A stretch of DNA of 64,000 nucleotides, taken from contig NC_091284.1 of the NCBI RefSeq assembly GCF_032444005.1, positions 16,120,001 through 16,184,000 on the forward strand. Direction: 5' to 3'. The translations under genes and the position numbers were made by a program. Each line of letters begins with the position of its first letter. Within the stretch, counting starts at the first letter, position 1. The DNA is from Ranitomeya imitator. Its lineage: Eukaryota. The notes beneath the pieces were generated by a model. The model was not told where the DNA came from and made no database searches. It was given only the letters and a program-made list of their open reading frames with translations. Positions 1 through 12,944 of this stretch are shown here, piece after piece.

Positions 1-19
1 TCTAAAGTCTGGAGCCGAG

Positions 20-1268
20 CTCACGCCCAGCAGGTGACCACGGTCAGGTTTCTCACGCCCAGCAGGTGACCACGGTCAGGTTTCTCACGTCCAGCAGGTG
101 ACCACTGTCAGGTTTCTCACGCCCAGCAGGTGACCACTGTCAGGTTTCTCACGCCCAGCAGGTGACCACTGTCAGGTTTCTCACGCCCAGCAGGTGACCA
201 CTGTCAGGTTTCTCACGCCCAGCAGGTGACCACTGTCAGGTTTCTCACGCCCAGCAGGTGACCACGGTCAGGTTTCTCACGCCCAGCAGGTGATCACTGT
301 CAGGTTTCTCACGCCCAGCAGGTGACCACTGTCAGGTTTCTCACGCCCAGCAGGTGACCACTGTCAGGTTTCTCACGCCCAGCAGGTGACCACTGTCAGG
401 TTTCTCACGCCCAGCAGGTGACCACGGTCAGGTTTCTCACGCCCAGCAGGTGACCACGGTCAGGTTTCTCACGCCCAGCAGGTGACCACTGTCAGGTTTC
501 TCACGCCCAGCAGGTGACCACGGTCAGGTTTCTCACGCCCAGCAGGTGACCACGGTCAGGTTTCTCACGCCCAGCAGGTGACCACGGTCAGGTTTCTCAC
601 GCCCAGCAGGTGACCACGGTCAGGTTTCTCACGCCCAGCAGGTGACCACGGTCAGGTTTCTCACGCCCAGCAGGTGACCACTGTCAGGTTTCTCACGCCC
701 AGCAGGTGACCACTGTCAGGTTTCTCACGCCCAGCAGGTGACCACTGTCAGGTCTCTCACGCCCAGCAGGTGACCACGGTCAGGTTTCTCACGCCCAGCA
801 GGTGACCACGGTCAGGTTTCTCACGCCCAGCAGGTGACCACGGTCAGGTTTCTCACGCCCAGCAGGTGACCACGGTCAGGTTTCTCACGCCCAGCAGGTG
901 ACCACGGTCAGGTTTCTCACGCCCAGCAGGTGACCACGGTCAGGTTTCTCACACCCAGCAGGTGACCACGGTCAGGTTTCTCACGCCCAGCAGGTGACCA
1001 CTGTCAGGTTTCTCACGCCCAGCAGGTGACCACTGTCAGGTCTCTCACGCCCAGCAGGTGACCACGGTCAGGTTTCTCACGCCCAGCAGGTGACCACGGT
1101 CAGGTTTCTCACGCCCAGCAGGTGACCACGGTCAGGTTTCTCACGCCCAGCAGGTGACCACGGTCAGGTTTCTCACGCCCAGCAGGTGACCACGGTCAGG
1201 TTTCTCACACCCAGCAGGTGACCACGGTCAGGTTTCTCACGCCCAGCAGGTGACCACGGTCAGGTTTC
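20..1268. repeat. 32-bp minisatellite (CTCACGCCCAGCAGGTGACCACGGTCAGGTTT), ~39 copies
   Basis: Direct inspection; very homogeneous units. Confidence 0.97.
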
Positions 1269-1899
1269 CCTTCTTCAGACAGGAGAACCAGGAACAAGAC
1301 ATCTAGAGAGGGTTTGGGGCTCACAACTCTTCTGGCCAATGATGTAGACATGAGGGACATCTTGTCAGAAAGAACCTTCCAGAGTCTCACATGGAGCCAT
1401 ACACAGACGCCTCAGACAAATCCAAGGAAGGACGTGGATCAAGGACGACTCATCGCTACCTCTTCCCTCGGACCAAGCAGTGATCTGGACCTTTCCGAGA
1501 ACCTTCTAAAGAACCATAAGGCCGATGTCCCATCTTACATAGGTCATCTCCTGAGGAGGGAATACTCCAAACATGACGATGAGTTCTGACTGTAGAACAT
1601 GTGGCTGAGTGTGGAGATCTCTCCTTCTCCTGAGGGACCTTCATCTCCTCCCTCAGCCTCCAGTGACCCCAGTCCAGGTTGGGATGACGGAATCATTTCT
1701 GTGTCAGGTCTTTGAAACTCCAAGTATCCACAAAGTCATTGGGAGCAGATATTAGGATTTCTGGGCTTATGAGGAAGGATCACAATCACTCTGACCTTCT
1801 CCAAAAATGTCCTCAGGACAACAGGAAGAGGTGGGAAGACATGGATGGAAAACTTGTGAAAGTATGCTGCAGCCGCCATATTGGTACACCCAACACGGA

Positions 1900-2240
1900 G
1901 GAGTGCATGGCGGCCATATACCTGTGTGTACAGAGGGCGCAGGCAGAGCCCGACACCGCGGTGACACAGGGCGCCCCCACCCGGCACATGGTGGACAGTG
2001 ACCCCGTGTGTCAGCGCTGCCTGCGACTATCAGGCCGCGGGCAGCACACAGTTAATGTCTCCGATCATGTGATGTGGGCGGGGCTGACCATGGAAGTGTG
2101 GACACGCCCCTCAGCTGTTGCTGGTGATGATCACTGTGAGGAAAGGAAAGCGGGAGACGAGACGCGGGTGACAGGTAACCGGGAGACTACAGAGGGGAAG
2201 GGCCGGGCCTCAGTACCGGGAGAGGCGGACAAGTGAAGTG
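1900..2240 (+). promoter_or_regulatory. Candidate ZDHHC23 promoter / non-coding first exon (donor ACAG|GTAACC at 2174/2175)
   Basis: CpG-rich unique segment with a plausible 5' splice site upstream of the first coding exon. Inference only; no transcript data. Confidence 0.3.
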
Positions 2241-4190
2241 ACGGAGCGAGGAGGGGGCGACCCCGGTGTCTGGAGGGAGGAGGGGGCGACCCCGGGGTCT
2301 GGAGCGAGGAGGGGGCGACCCCGGGGTCTGGAGCGAGGAGGGGGCGACCCCGGGGTCTGGTGGGAGGAGGGGGCGACCCCGGGTTCTGGAGGGAGGAGGG
2401 AGGAGGGAGGAGGGGGGCGACCCCGGGGTCTGGAGCGAGGAGGGGGCGACCCCGGGGTCTGGAGCGAGGAGGGGGCGACCCCGGGGTCTGGAGCGAGGAG
2501 GGGGCGACCCCGGGGTCTGGAGGGAGGAGGGGGCGACCCCGGGGTCTGGAGGGAGGAGGGGGCGACCCCGGGGTCTGGAGGGAGGAGGAGGGGGGCGACC
2601 CCGGGGTCTGGAGGGAGGAGGGGGGCGACCCCGGGGTCTGGTGGGAGGAGGGGGGCGACCCCGGGGTCTGGAGGGAGGAGGGGGGCGACCCCGGGGTCTG
2701 GAGGGAGGAGGGGGCGACCCCGGGGTCTGGAGGGAGGAGGGGGGCGACCCCGGGGTCTGGAGGGAGGAGGGGGCGACCCCGGGGTCTGGAGGGAGGAGGG
2801 GGCGACCCCGGGGTCTGGTGGGAGGAGGGGGGCGACCCCGGGGTCTGGTGGGAGGAGGGGGGCGACCCCGGGGTCTGGAGGGAGGAGGGGGGCGACCCCG
2901 GGGTCTGGAGGGAGGAGGGGGGCGACCCCGGGGTCTGGAGGGAGGAGGGGGCGACCCCGGGGTCTGGTGGGAGGAGGGGGCGACCCCGGGTTCTGGAGGG
3001 AGGAGGGGGGCGACCCCGGGGTCTGGTGGGAGGAGGGGGGCGACCCCGGGGTCTGGTGGGAGGAGGGGGGCGACCCCGGGGTCTGGTGGGAGGAGGGAGG
3101 AGGGGGGCGACCCCGGGGTCTGGTGGGAGGAGGGAGGAGGGGGGCGACCCCGGGGTCTGGAGCGAGGAGGGGGCGACCCCGGGGTCTGGAGGGAGGAGGG
3201 GGGCGACCCCGGGGTCTGGTGGGAGGAGGGGGCGACCCCGGGTTCTGGAGGGAGGAGGGGGGCGACCCCGGGGTCTGGTGGGAGGAGGGGGGCGACCCCG
3301 GGGTCTGGAGGGAGGAGGGGGGCGACCCCGGGGTCTGGTGGGAGGAGGGGGCGACCCCGGGGTCTGGAGCGAGGAGGGGGCGACCCCGGGTTCTGGAGGG
3401 AGGAGGGGGGCGACCCCGGGTTCTGGAGGGAGGAGGGGGGCAACCCCGGGTTCTGGAGGGAGGAGGGGGGCGACCCCGGGTTCTGGAGGGAGGAGGGGGG
3501 CAACCCCGGGGTCTGGAGCGAGGAGGGGGGCGACCCCGGGGTCTGGTGGGAGGAGGGGGCGACCCCGGGTTCTGGAGGGAGGAGGGAGGAGGGGGGCGAC
3601 CCCGGGGTCTGGAGCGAGGAGGGGGCGACCCCGGGGTCTGGTGGGAGGAGGGGGCGACCCCGGGTTCTGGAGGGAGGAGGGGGGCGACCCCGGTGTCTGG
3701 TGCGAGGAGGGGGGCGACCCCGGGTTCTGGAGGGAGGAGGGGGGCGACCCCGGGTTCTGGAGGGAGGAGGGGGGCGACCCCGGGGTCTGGAGCGAGGAGG
3801 GGGGCGACCCCGGGGTCTGGTGGGAGGAGGGGGCGACCCCGGTGTCTGGAGCGAGGAGGGGGGCGACCTCGGGGTCTGGTGGGAGGAGGGGGGCGACCCC
3901 GGGGTCTGGAGGGAGGAGGGGGGCGACCCCGGTGTCTGGAGCGAGGAGGGGGGCGACCCCGGGTTCTGGAGGGAGGAGGGGGGCGACCCCGGGTTCTGGT
4001 GGGAGGAGGGGGGCGACCCCGGGGTCTGGTGGGAGGAGGGGGGCGACCCCGGGGTCTGGTGCGAGGAGGGGGGCGACCCCGGGGTCTGGTGCGAGGAGGG
4101 GGCGACCCCGGGGTCTGGTGCGAGGAGGGGGCGCCCCCGGGGTCTGGGGCGAGGAGGGGGCGACCCCGGGGTCTGGGGCGAGGAGGGGGT
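2240..4190. repeat. 29-30-bp G-rich minisatellite (GAGGAGGGGGCGACCCCGGGGTCTGGAGC)
   Basis: Direct inspection. Confidence 0.97.
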
Positions 4191-4383
4191 GTTAGTTTTG
4201 GAGCGAGGGGGTTATAGGTCTGAGATGAGGGGAGTCTGATGCGAGGCGGCTGATTGCTCAGTCTTCACTTACCTTATTTTTCAGTGACCAGTAGGGGGCG
4301 CTCCGTCCGATGATGCGACCCTCGGGTGCCCGCTGCGCCCTCCAGATGTTTGACGTTTGGCCTCTATAGCAAATGAAGCAGCT

Positions 4384-7300
4384 ATGAACGGAGTCAGGAA
4401 AAAGAGGGTGACCCGAGGTGGGCGAGAGGCTGATGACGTTCTGTGCTGCTGTGAGTACATCAATCAGAAGGACGAGAGGAGTCACCTGGCCGCCTGTCTG
4501 TGTGACTGCGAGGACCTGGACGAAGCCTGTGACAGGTGAGAGGCACCCACACAGCGCGGCCCCCCAACAGCAAAACCCACGGTGGGCACATCACAACTGT
4601 AAGGTCCTGATTGCGAGGAAAGACTCATAATCACTTCATAAAAGACAACTCCAATATAGAGAAAACGAGCTCATGGGCTATTGCCTGAATTGTGCCCCAG
4701 AGCTGCACTCACTATTACATTACTGATTCTGAGTTACATCCTGTATTATACCCCAGAGCTGCACTCACTATTCTGCTGGTGCAGTCACTGTGTACATACT
4801 TTACTGATCCTGACTTACATCCTGTATTATACTCCAGAGCTGCACTCACTATTCTGCTGGTGCAGTCACTGTGTACATACATTACATTACTGATCCTGAG
4901 TTACATCCTGTATTATACCCCAGAGCTGCACTCACTATTCTGCTGGTGCAGTCACTGTGTACATACTTTACTGATCCTGACTTACATCCTGTATTATACT
5001 CCAGAGCTGCACTCACTATTCTGCTGGTGCAGCCACTGTGTACATACATTACTGATCCCGAGTTACATCCTGTATTATACCCCAGAGCTGCACTCACTAT
5101 TCTGCTGGTGCAGTCACTGTGTACATACATTACATTACTGATCCTGAGTTACATCCTGCATTATACTCCAGAGCTGCACTCACTATTCTGCTGGTGCAGT
5201 CACTGTGTACATACATTACATTACTGATCCTGAGTTACATCCTGTATTATACCCCAGAGCTGCACTCACTATTCTGCTGGTGCAGTCACTGTGTACATAC
5301 ATTACATTACTGATCCTGAGTTACCTCCTGTATTATACTCCAGAGCTGCACTCACTATTCTGCTGGTGCAGTCAATGTGTACATACATTACTGATCCTGA
5401 GTTACATCCTGTATTATACCCCAGAGCTGCACTCACTATTCTGCTGGTGCAGTCACTGTGTACATACATTACATTACTGATCCTGAGTTACATCCTGTAT
5501 TATATCCCAGAGCTGCACTCACTATTCTGCTGGTGCAGTCACTGTGTACATACATTACATTACTGATCCTGAGTTACCTCCTGTATTATACTCCAGAGCT
5601 GCACTCACTATTCTGCTGTTGCAGTCACTGTGTACATACATTACATTACTGATCCTGAGTTACCTCCTGTATTATACTCCAGAGCTGCACTCACTATTCT
5701 GCTGGTGCAGTCACTGTGTACATACATTACATTACTGATCCTGAGTTACCTCCTGTATTATACTCCAGAGCTGCACTCACTATTCTGCTGGTGCAGTCAC
5801 TGTGTACATACATTACATTACTGATCCTGAGTTACATCCTGTATTATACTCCAGAGCTGCACTCACTATTCTGCTGGTGCAGCCACAGTGTACATACATT
5901 ACATTACTGATCCTGAGTTACATCCTGCATTATACTCCAGAGCTGCACTCACTATTCTGCTGGTGCAGTCACTGTGTACATACATTACTGATCCTGAGTT
6001 ACCTCCTGTATTATACTCCAGAGCTGCACTCACTATTCTGCTGGTGCAGTCACTGTGTACATACATTACATTACTGATCCTGAGTTACATCCTGCATTAT
6101 AATAATAATAATAATAATTTTTATTTATTATACTCCAGAGCTGCACTCACTATTCTGCTGGTGCAGTCACTGTGTACATACATTACATTACTGATCCTGA
6201 GTTACCTCCTGTATTATACTCCAGAGCTGCACTCACTATTCTGCTGTTGCAGTCACTGTGTACATACATTACATTACTGATCCTGAGTTACCTCCTGTAT
6301 TATACTCCAGAGCTGCACTCACTATTCTGCTGGTGCAGTCACTGTGTACATACATTACTGATCCTGAGTTACCTCCTGTATTATACCCCAGAGCTGCACT
6401 CACTATTCTGCTGGTGCAGTCACTGTGTACATACATTACATTACTGATCCTGAGTTACATCCTGTATTATAGTCCAGAGCTGCACTCACTATTCTGCTGG
6501 TGCAGTCACTGTGTACATACATTACATTACTGATCCTGAGTTACATCCTGTATTATACTCCAGAGCGGCACTCACTATTCTGCTGGTGCAGTCACTGTGC
6601 ACCACTTGCCCCACTTTAGCGGCGCTGTACTCTGCTGACTCTCCGGTTGGGCCTGTAGCTTGTCAGCAGTGACTGATGCTTCCTCCTCGTGTCCTCGGTC
6701 CGGTTCTTGTGGATCTTGTCGTGGTCTCCGCTCTTCTTCCTCCAGATGGATCACCTGTAAGTCTCTGCAGCCTGAGGTCCTGGCGAGGGTGATCGGGACG
6801 GCGTCTGATCGCTTCCGTGTCCCGTGGATTCGCGGTGCCAGGAAGGTTAATCTGAGTGTCCTGCCCCCGTTGGTCCTGCTGCCCATCTCCCTCCATGTGG
6901 CGGCTTTTCATGTTCTCCTTGGTGTGGTGGTCCTCAGCTCCCTGCCCATACTGGTGATCAGGTATTATCAGCTGACGCACCAGCGCAAGGGCAAGACCCT
7001 CCTGTTCCTCAGCCTCGCCCTCTTCTCTCTGGGCTACATGTACTATAACTTTGTGCAGGAGGTGTTTCGGAAGGGCCACATCGGCTGGGGCCACTTTTCG
7101 GCCATCACCTGCTGCCTCTTGCTGACCCTTCTGTGTCTAGCAAAAGCAAAGCAGTCTCCGGGCTACCTCAGCAAGAACACATCCAGCCCCGGGGGGACAG
7201 CAAGGGGCAAGACTGAGTCAGCCAGTGGGGTCTGGAAATCTGAGGACCACCCCCCTCAGGGTCAGGAGGAAAATCTACTCACAGAGAAGAACTGGTGTCA

Positions 7301-10300
7301 CATCTGCCAAGTTCCAAGGACCCCACGGAGCGGTCACTGCCGAATCTGTGGGAGTTGTGTCCAGAGGCTGGACCATCACTGTGTGTGGTGAGTGGGGGGG
7401 CTGCCGTGCCGGACCAGGTAACCCAAACATAGCGGCGGTATTGTACTAGTTATATTATTGTACATAGGGGCAGTATTATAGTAGTTATATTCTTGTACAT
7501 AGGGGCAGTATTATAGTAGTTATATTCTTGTACATAGAGGGCAGTATTATAGTAGTTATATTCTTGTACATAGGAGCAGTATTATAGTAGTTATATTCTT
7601 GTACATAGGGGCAGTATTATCACAGTTATATTATTGTACATAGGGGCAGTATTATAGTAGTTATATTCTTGTACATAGGAGGAGTATTATAGTAGTTATA
7701 TTCTTGTACATAGGAGCAGTATTATAGTAGTTATATTCTTGTACATGGGGGCAGTATTATAGTAGTTATATTCTTGTACATAGGAGCAGTATTATAGTAG
7801 CTATATTCTTGTACATAGGAGCAGTATTATAGTAGTTATATTCTTGTACATAGGAGCAGTATTATAGTAGTTATATTCTTGTACATAAGAGCAGTATTAT
7901 AGTAGTTATATTCTTGTACATACGAGCAGTATTATCACAGTTATATTATTGTACATAGGGGCAGTATTACAGTACTTATATTCTTGTACATAGGGGCCAG
8001 TATTATAGTAGTTATATTCTTGTACATAGGGGCAGTATTATCACAGTTATATTATTGTACATAGGGGCAGTATTATAGTAGTTATATTCTTGTACATAGG
8101 AGCAGTATTATCAGTTATATTATTGTACATAGGGGCAGTATTACAGTACTTATATTGTATATAGGGGCAGTATTATAGTAGTTATATTCTTGTACATAGG
8201 GGCAGTATTATCACAGTTATATTATTGTACATAGGGGCAGTATTATAGTAGTTATATTCTTGTATATAGGAGCAGTATTATAGTAGTTATATTCTTGTAC
8301 ATAGGGGCAGTATTATAGTAGTTATATTCTTGTACATAGGAGCAGTATTATAGTAGTTATATTCTTGTACATAGGAGCAGTATTATAGTAGTTATATTCT
8401 TGTACATAGGGGCAGTATTATAGTAGTTATATTGTACATAGGAGCAGTATTATCACAGTTATATTATTGTACATAGGGGGAGTATTATAGTAGTTATATT
8501 ATTGTACATAGGGGCAGTATTATAGTAGTTATATTCTTGTACATAGGGGCAGTATTATAGTAGTTATATTCTTGTACATAGGGGCAGTATTATCACAGTT
8601 ATATTATTGTACATAGGGGGAGTATTATAGTAGTTATATTATTGTACATAGGGGCAGTATTATAGTAGTTATGTTCTTGTACATAGGGGCAGTATTATAG
8701 TAGTTATATTCTGCTACATAGGGGCAGTATTATAGTAGTTATATTCTTGTACATAGGGGCAGTATTATAGTAGTTATATTCTGCTACATAGGGGCAGTAT
8801 TATAGTAGTTATATTCTTGTACATAGGGGCAGTATTATAGTAGTTATATTCTTGTACATAGGGGCAGTATTATAGTAGTTATATTCTTGTACATAGGGGC
8901 AGTATTATAGTAGTTATATTCTTGTACATAGGGGCAGTATTATAGTAGTTATATTCTTGTACATAGGAGCAGTATTATAGTAGTTATATTCTTGTATATA
9001 GGAGCAGTATTATAGTAGTTATATTCTTGTACATAGGGGGAGTATTATAGTAGTTATATTATTGTACATAGGGGCAGTATTATAGTAGTTATATTCTTGT
9101 ACATAGGGAGCAGTATTATAGTAGTTATATTCTTGTACATACGAGCAGTATTATAGTAGTTATATTCTTGTACTTAGGGGCAGTATTATAGTAGTTATAT
9201 TCTTGTACATGGGGCAGTATTATAGTAGTTATATTCTTGTATATAGGAGTAGTATTATAGTAGTTATATTTTTGTACATAGGAGCAGTATTATAGCAGTT
9301 ATATTCTTGTACTTAGGGGCAGTATTATAGTAGTTATATTCCTGTACATAGGAGCAGTATTATAGCAGTTATATTCTTGTACATAGGAGCAGTATTATAG
9401 TAGTTATATTCTTGTATATGGAGCAGTATTATAGTAGTTATATTCTTGTACATAGGGGCAGTATTATAGTAGTTATATTCTTGTACATAGGGGCAGTATT
9501 ATAGTAGTTATATTCTTGTATATAGGGGCAGTATTATAGTAGTTATATTCCTGTACATAGGGGCAGTATTATAGTAGTTATATTCTTGTATATAGGAGCA
9601 GTATTATGGTAGTTATATTCTTGTACAAGGGGCAGTATTATAGTAGTTATATTCTTGTACATGGGGCAGTATTATAGTAGTTATATTCCTGTACATAGGG
9701 GCAGTATTATAGTAGTTATATTCTTGTATATAGGAGCAGTATTATAGTAGTTATATTCTTGTACATAGGGAGCAGTATTATAGTAGTTATATTCTTGTAC
9801 TTAGGGGCAGTATTATAGTAGTTATATTCTTGTACATGGGGCAGTATTATAGTAGTTATATTCTTGTATATAGGAGCAGTATTATAGTAGTTATATTTTT
9901 GTACATAGGAGCAGTATTATAGCAGTTATATTCTTGTACTTAGGGGCAGTATTATAGTAGTTATATTCCTGTACATAGGAGCAGTATTATAGCAGTTATA
10001 TTCTTGTATATAGGAGCAGTATTATAGTAGTTATATTCTTGTATATAGCGGCAGTATTATAGTAGTTATATTCCTGTACATAGGGGCAGTATTATAGTAG
10101 TTATATTCTTGTATATAGGAGCAGTATTATAGTAGTTATATTCTTGTACATGGGGCAGTATTATAGTAGTTATATTCTTGTACATAGGGGCAGTATTATA
10201 GTAGTTATATTCTTGTACATAGGAGCAGTATTATAGTAGTTATATTCTTGTACATAGGAGCAGTATTATAGTAGTTATATTCTTGTACATAGGAGCAATA

Positions 10301-11371
10301 TTATAGTAGTTATATTCTTGTACATGGGGCAGTATTATAGTAGTTATATTCTTGTATATAGGGGCAGTATTATAGTAGTTATATTCCTGTACATAGGGGC
10401 AGTATTATAGTAGTTATATTCTTGTACATGGGGCAGTATTATAGTAGTTATATTCTTGTACATAAGAGCAGTATTATAGTAGTTATATTCCTGTACATAG
10501 GGGCAGTATTATAGTAGTTATATTCTTGTACATAGGGCAGTATTATAGTAGTTATATTCTTGTACATAGGGGCAGTATTATAGTAGTTATATTATTGTAC
10601 ATAGGAGCAGTATTATAGTAGTTATATTCTTGTACATAGGGGCAGTATTATAGTAGTTATATTCTTGTACATAGGAGCAGTATTATAGTAGTTATATTCT
10701 TGTACATAGGAGCAGTATTATAGTAGTTATATTCTTGTACATAGGAGCAGTATTATAGTAGTTATATTCTTGTACATAGGGGCGGTATTATAGTAGTTAT
10801 ATCTTCTTATTTTACAGGATTAATAACTGTATAGGATCTCGTAACCACAAATCCTTCCTTTTGCTGCTTGTGGTTTTCCAGTTCAGCTCTGTGTACGGCA
10901 TGGCGCTGACGCTCGGCGCTGTGTGTCGGGATCGCAGTGTGCTCAGTGCCTTATTCTACTGCCCCGGAGTCTATGATGACTACAGGTAATGTTTCTGATC
11001 ACTCGGGGGGTGAGCGTTGGGTGATGGTTGCACAGTTCCTGCCCGTATACACAGTGGTGTCGGTGGAGTTCCCCTTTCAGTGAGCTGTTCTGTGTTTTTC
11101 CAGCACGTCGTTTGCCTTCACGTGTGTGTGGTATTGCGCCATTGTCACCGCCGGATTGGGCTGCCTGCTGCTTATTCAGCTGCTGAACATCAGCTACAAC
11201 GTCACGGAGCGGGAGGTGCGGATCGCCCTGCGGGAGAGGAGCGGCCGCTGCCTCCTCGGGGGTCTGGTTGTGGACACAGGAACGTTCAGCCAGGGATTTT
11301 TCCAGAACTGGATCCACTTTCTGTCTCTGGACGATGAGGGGTCGGAGCCGGAGCTGTCGGACATTGTGTGA
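4384..11371 (+). CDS. ZDHHC23: Palmitoyltransferase ZDHHC23 (DHHC family), spliced CDS, 409 aa
   Basis: Coding exons 4384-4535, 6746-7387, 10818-10985, 11104-11371. All introns are GT-AG with consistent phases; total 1230 nt. The translation (CCCEYINQKDERSHLAACLCDCEDLDEACDR/WITCKSLQPE...HCRICGSCVQRLDHHCVW/INNCIG...NISYNVTERE...SDIV*) matches vertebrate ZDHHC23 as I recall it, with an intact DHHC motif. Confidence 0.96.
4690..6600. repeat. 86-bp tandem repeat (with 81-bp variants) in a ZDHHC23 intron
   Basis: Period of 86 visible in the ORF starts (5458, 5544, 5630, 5716, 5802). Confidence 0.97.
7445..10800. repeat. 35-bp AT-rich minisatellite (TTGTACATAGGGGCAGTATTATAGTAGTTATATTC)
   Basis: Fills the intron that splits the DHHC-domain region. 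Confidence 0.97.
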
Positions 11372-11516
11372 GTGCCGCGCCTCGTCAGGAGTGCCTTATC
11401 CAGGGGAGCGACCACACGACCTTCCTTGCCTAAATTCCAAGTGCTCTTTATACTTACGCTCATCTAAGGAACGATGGCGGATCTACAGGTCCTCGAAATT
11501 CCGCAAAACCTTTTAA

Positions 11517-11766
11517 AGGGCCGGCTCAGCCCTACTGTACAGTGAAAAGTTCTGCGGCCTTTGAGTGCACGTTGCTTCTATTCCTCGCCTTCATCAAGAT
11601 CTCTGCTGCCAGTCAGTAAATGGAAACATTATTTTCACTGACCTGATATTTCTTTCTAGCCACCAATTTTCATTTGCTAAAAAGCAGATATCTGAGTGGT
11701 GAAGAATCGAAGCCCAAAGTTTAGGAGAAAGTTGCAGAACTTTTTTCTCTATCTCTGAGCCCCCCT
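11517..11766. mobile_element. Degenerate T2-type MITE downstream of the ZDHHC23 stop (probable 3' UTR)
   Basis: TTAA|AGGG..GCTCAG ... CTGAGCCCCCCT|TTAA. Confidence 0.5.
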
Positions 11767-12944
11767 TTAAATCTGTCTTGGGGCGTTTGTGGACCGGTAT
11801 TAATTATCTGTATGTTTATCTGCGGAGCTGACAATCAGATGTACGAGCTACAAGTAGACACTGCCATATGTAACAGTATATACTGTACTATGTGTACCCC
11901 CACTGTTGTATACAGGACCGCTCCTCTGCTGCAGCTCAGTCATTGGGGTCCGTGTTGCCCCCTGGTCACATTACTTCCAATATATGCGCTATGACCCCGA
12001 TTCATCAAGTTCTTGTGTAATGAAGGAGGCAGCGCAGTTTTCAGTGTCTGTGCCTCGGAGACATAAATGTGGGCAGTTCTGGACCCGGCGTCCATCTCTG
12101 ATGTCATTTCACTTCTACGGTGGAAATTATGATGAATTTTTGGGCGGCTGAAAACTGGTGTAAAAATGCAAAACGTCACAAAGATTTTGTGCAATGCTGC
12201 GTTTTCCTCCAGAAACCTGCTGGATGAGGGGTGTAATACTCCCCCAATCTAGACCCGAGCGTGCGCCTTTCCGTGCGTCCACCTGCGGTTTTTTACCTGC
12301 ATGAACCTGCGCCAATCGTCACATCACCCTGGCGTCAGTGACTTGTGCCCGTCAGGTCTTGTCTGTGGAATATACTGTTACCCGTCTCTGATATTCGGGG
12401 GCCGCGCTGGCTGCAGAGCAGAAGCCGATGTTGTCTCGGGTCGGACATGTTGGATTTTCCAGGATGAGAATCGTGTATTCATAGCAGCCGACATTGTGGA
12501 CATTTCTCATATACCGGTGGTGTAAAGCGTCAAATCACAGCGTTTCCACAGTGGACTGTGTGCGTTTTAGTGGATTTTTCGGATGTAATGTGAACAGGGC
12601 TTTGTGGTGGAGGAGGGGTCCCTGGGGGGGGGAGGGGGGGGACACTGCAGCCTATTCAATACACAATATGACGTAGATTTGTCCGGTGATATATGAGGGG
12701 AATATTGCTGGACGAGGGATCACACAAGTGATGGCTGCAGCAGGTGAGACGTGAGAGGGTCCAGTTACTTCTGCCTAATATCCCCCCACGATTCAGGAGC
12801 AGGGGGCGCTCATTGTTATGGCTTGTCTGCAGTCAGGGCACTTCTCCATCAGATCGATGCTAAAGTGGAGAGCGAAGCCGGCGGCAGATCAGACATGTAA
12901 AAGCCAAGTGCATGGCGGCTGCCACAGTGTCTAGGAACGGCATG

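Noticed and set aside
2187-4239. 400-660-aa Gly/Arg/Pro-rich ORFs
   Set aside because: Open in several frames on both strands only because the 29-30-bp unit lacks stop codons; no unique coding sequence.
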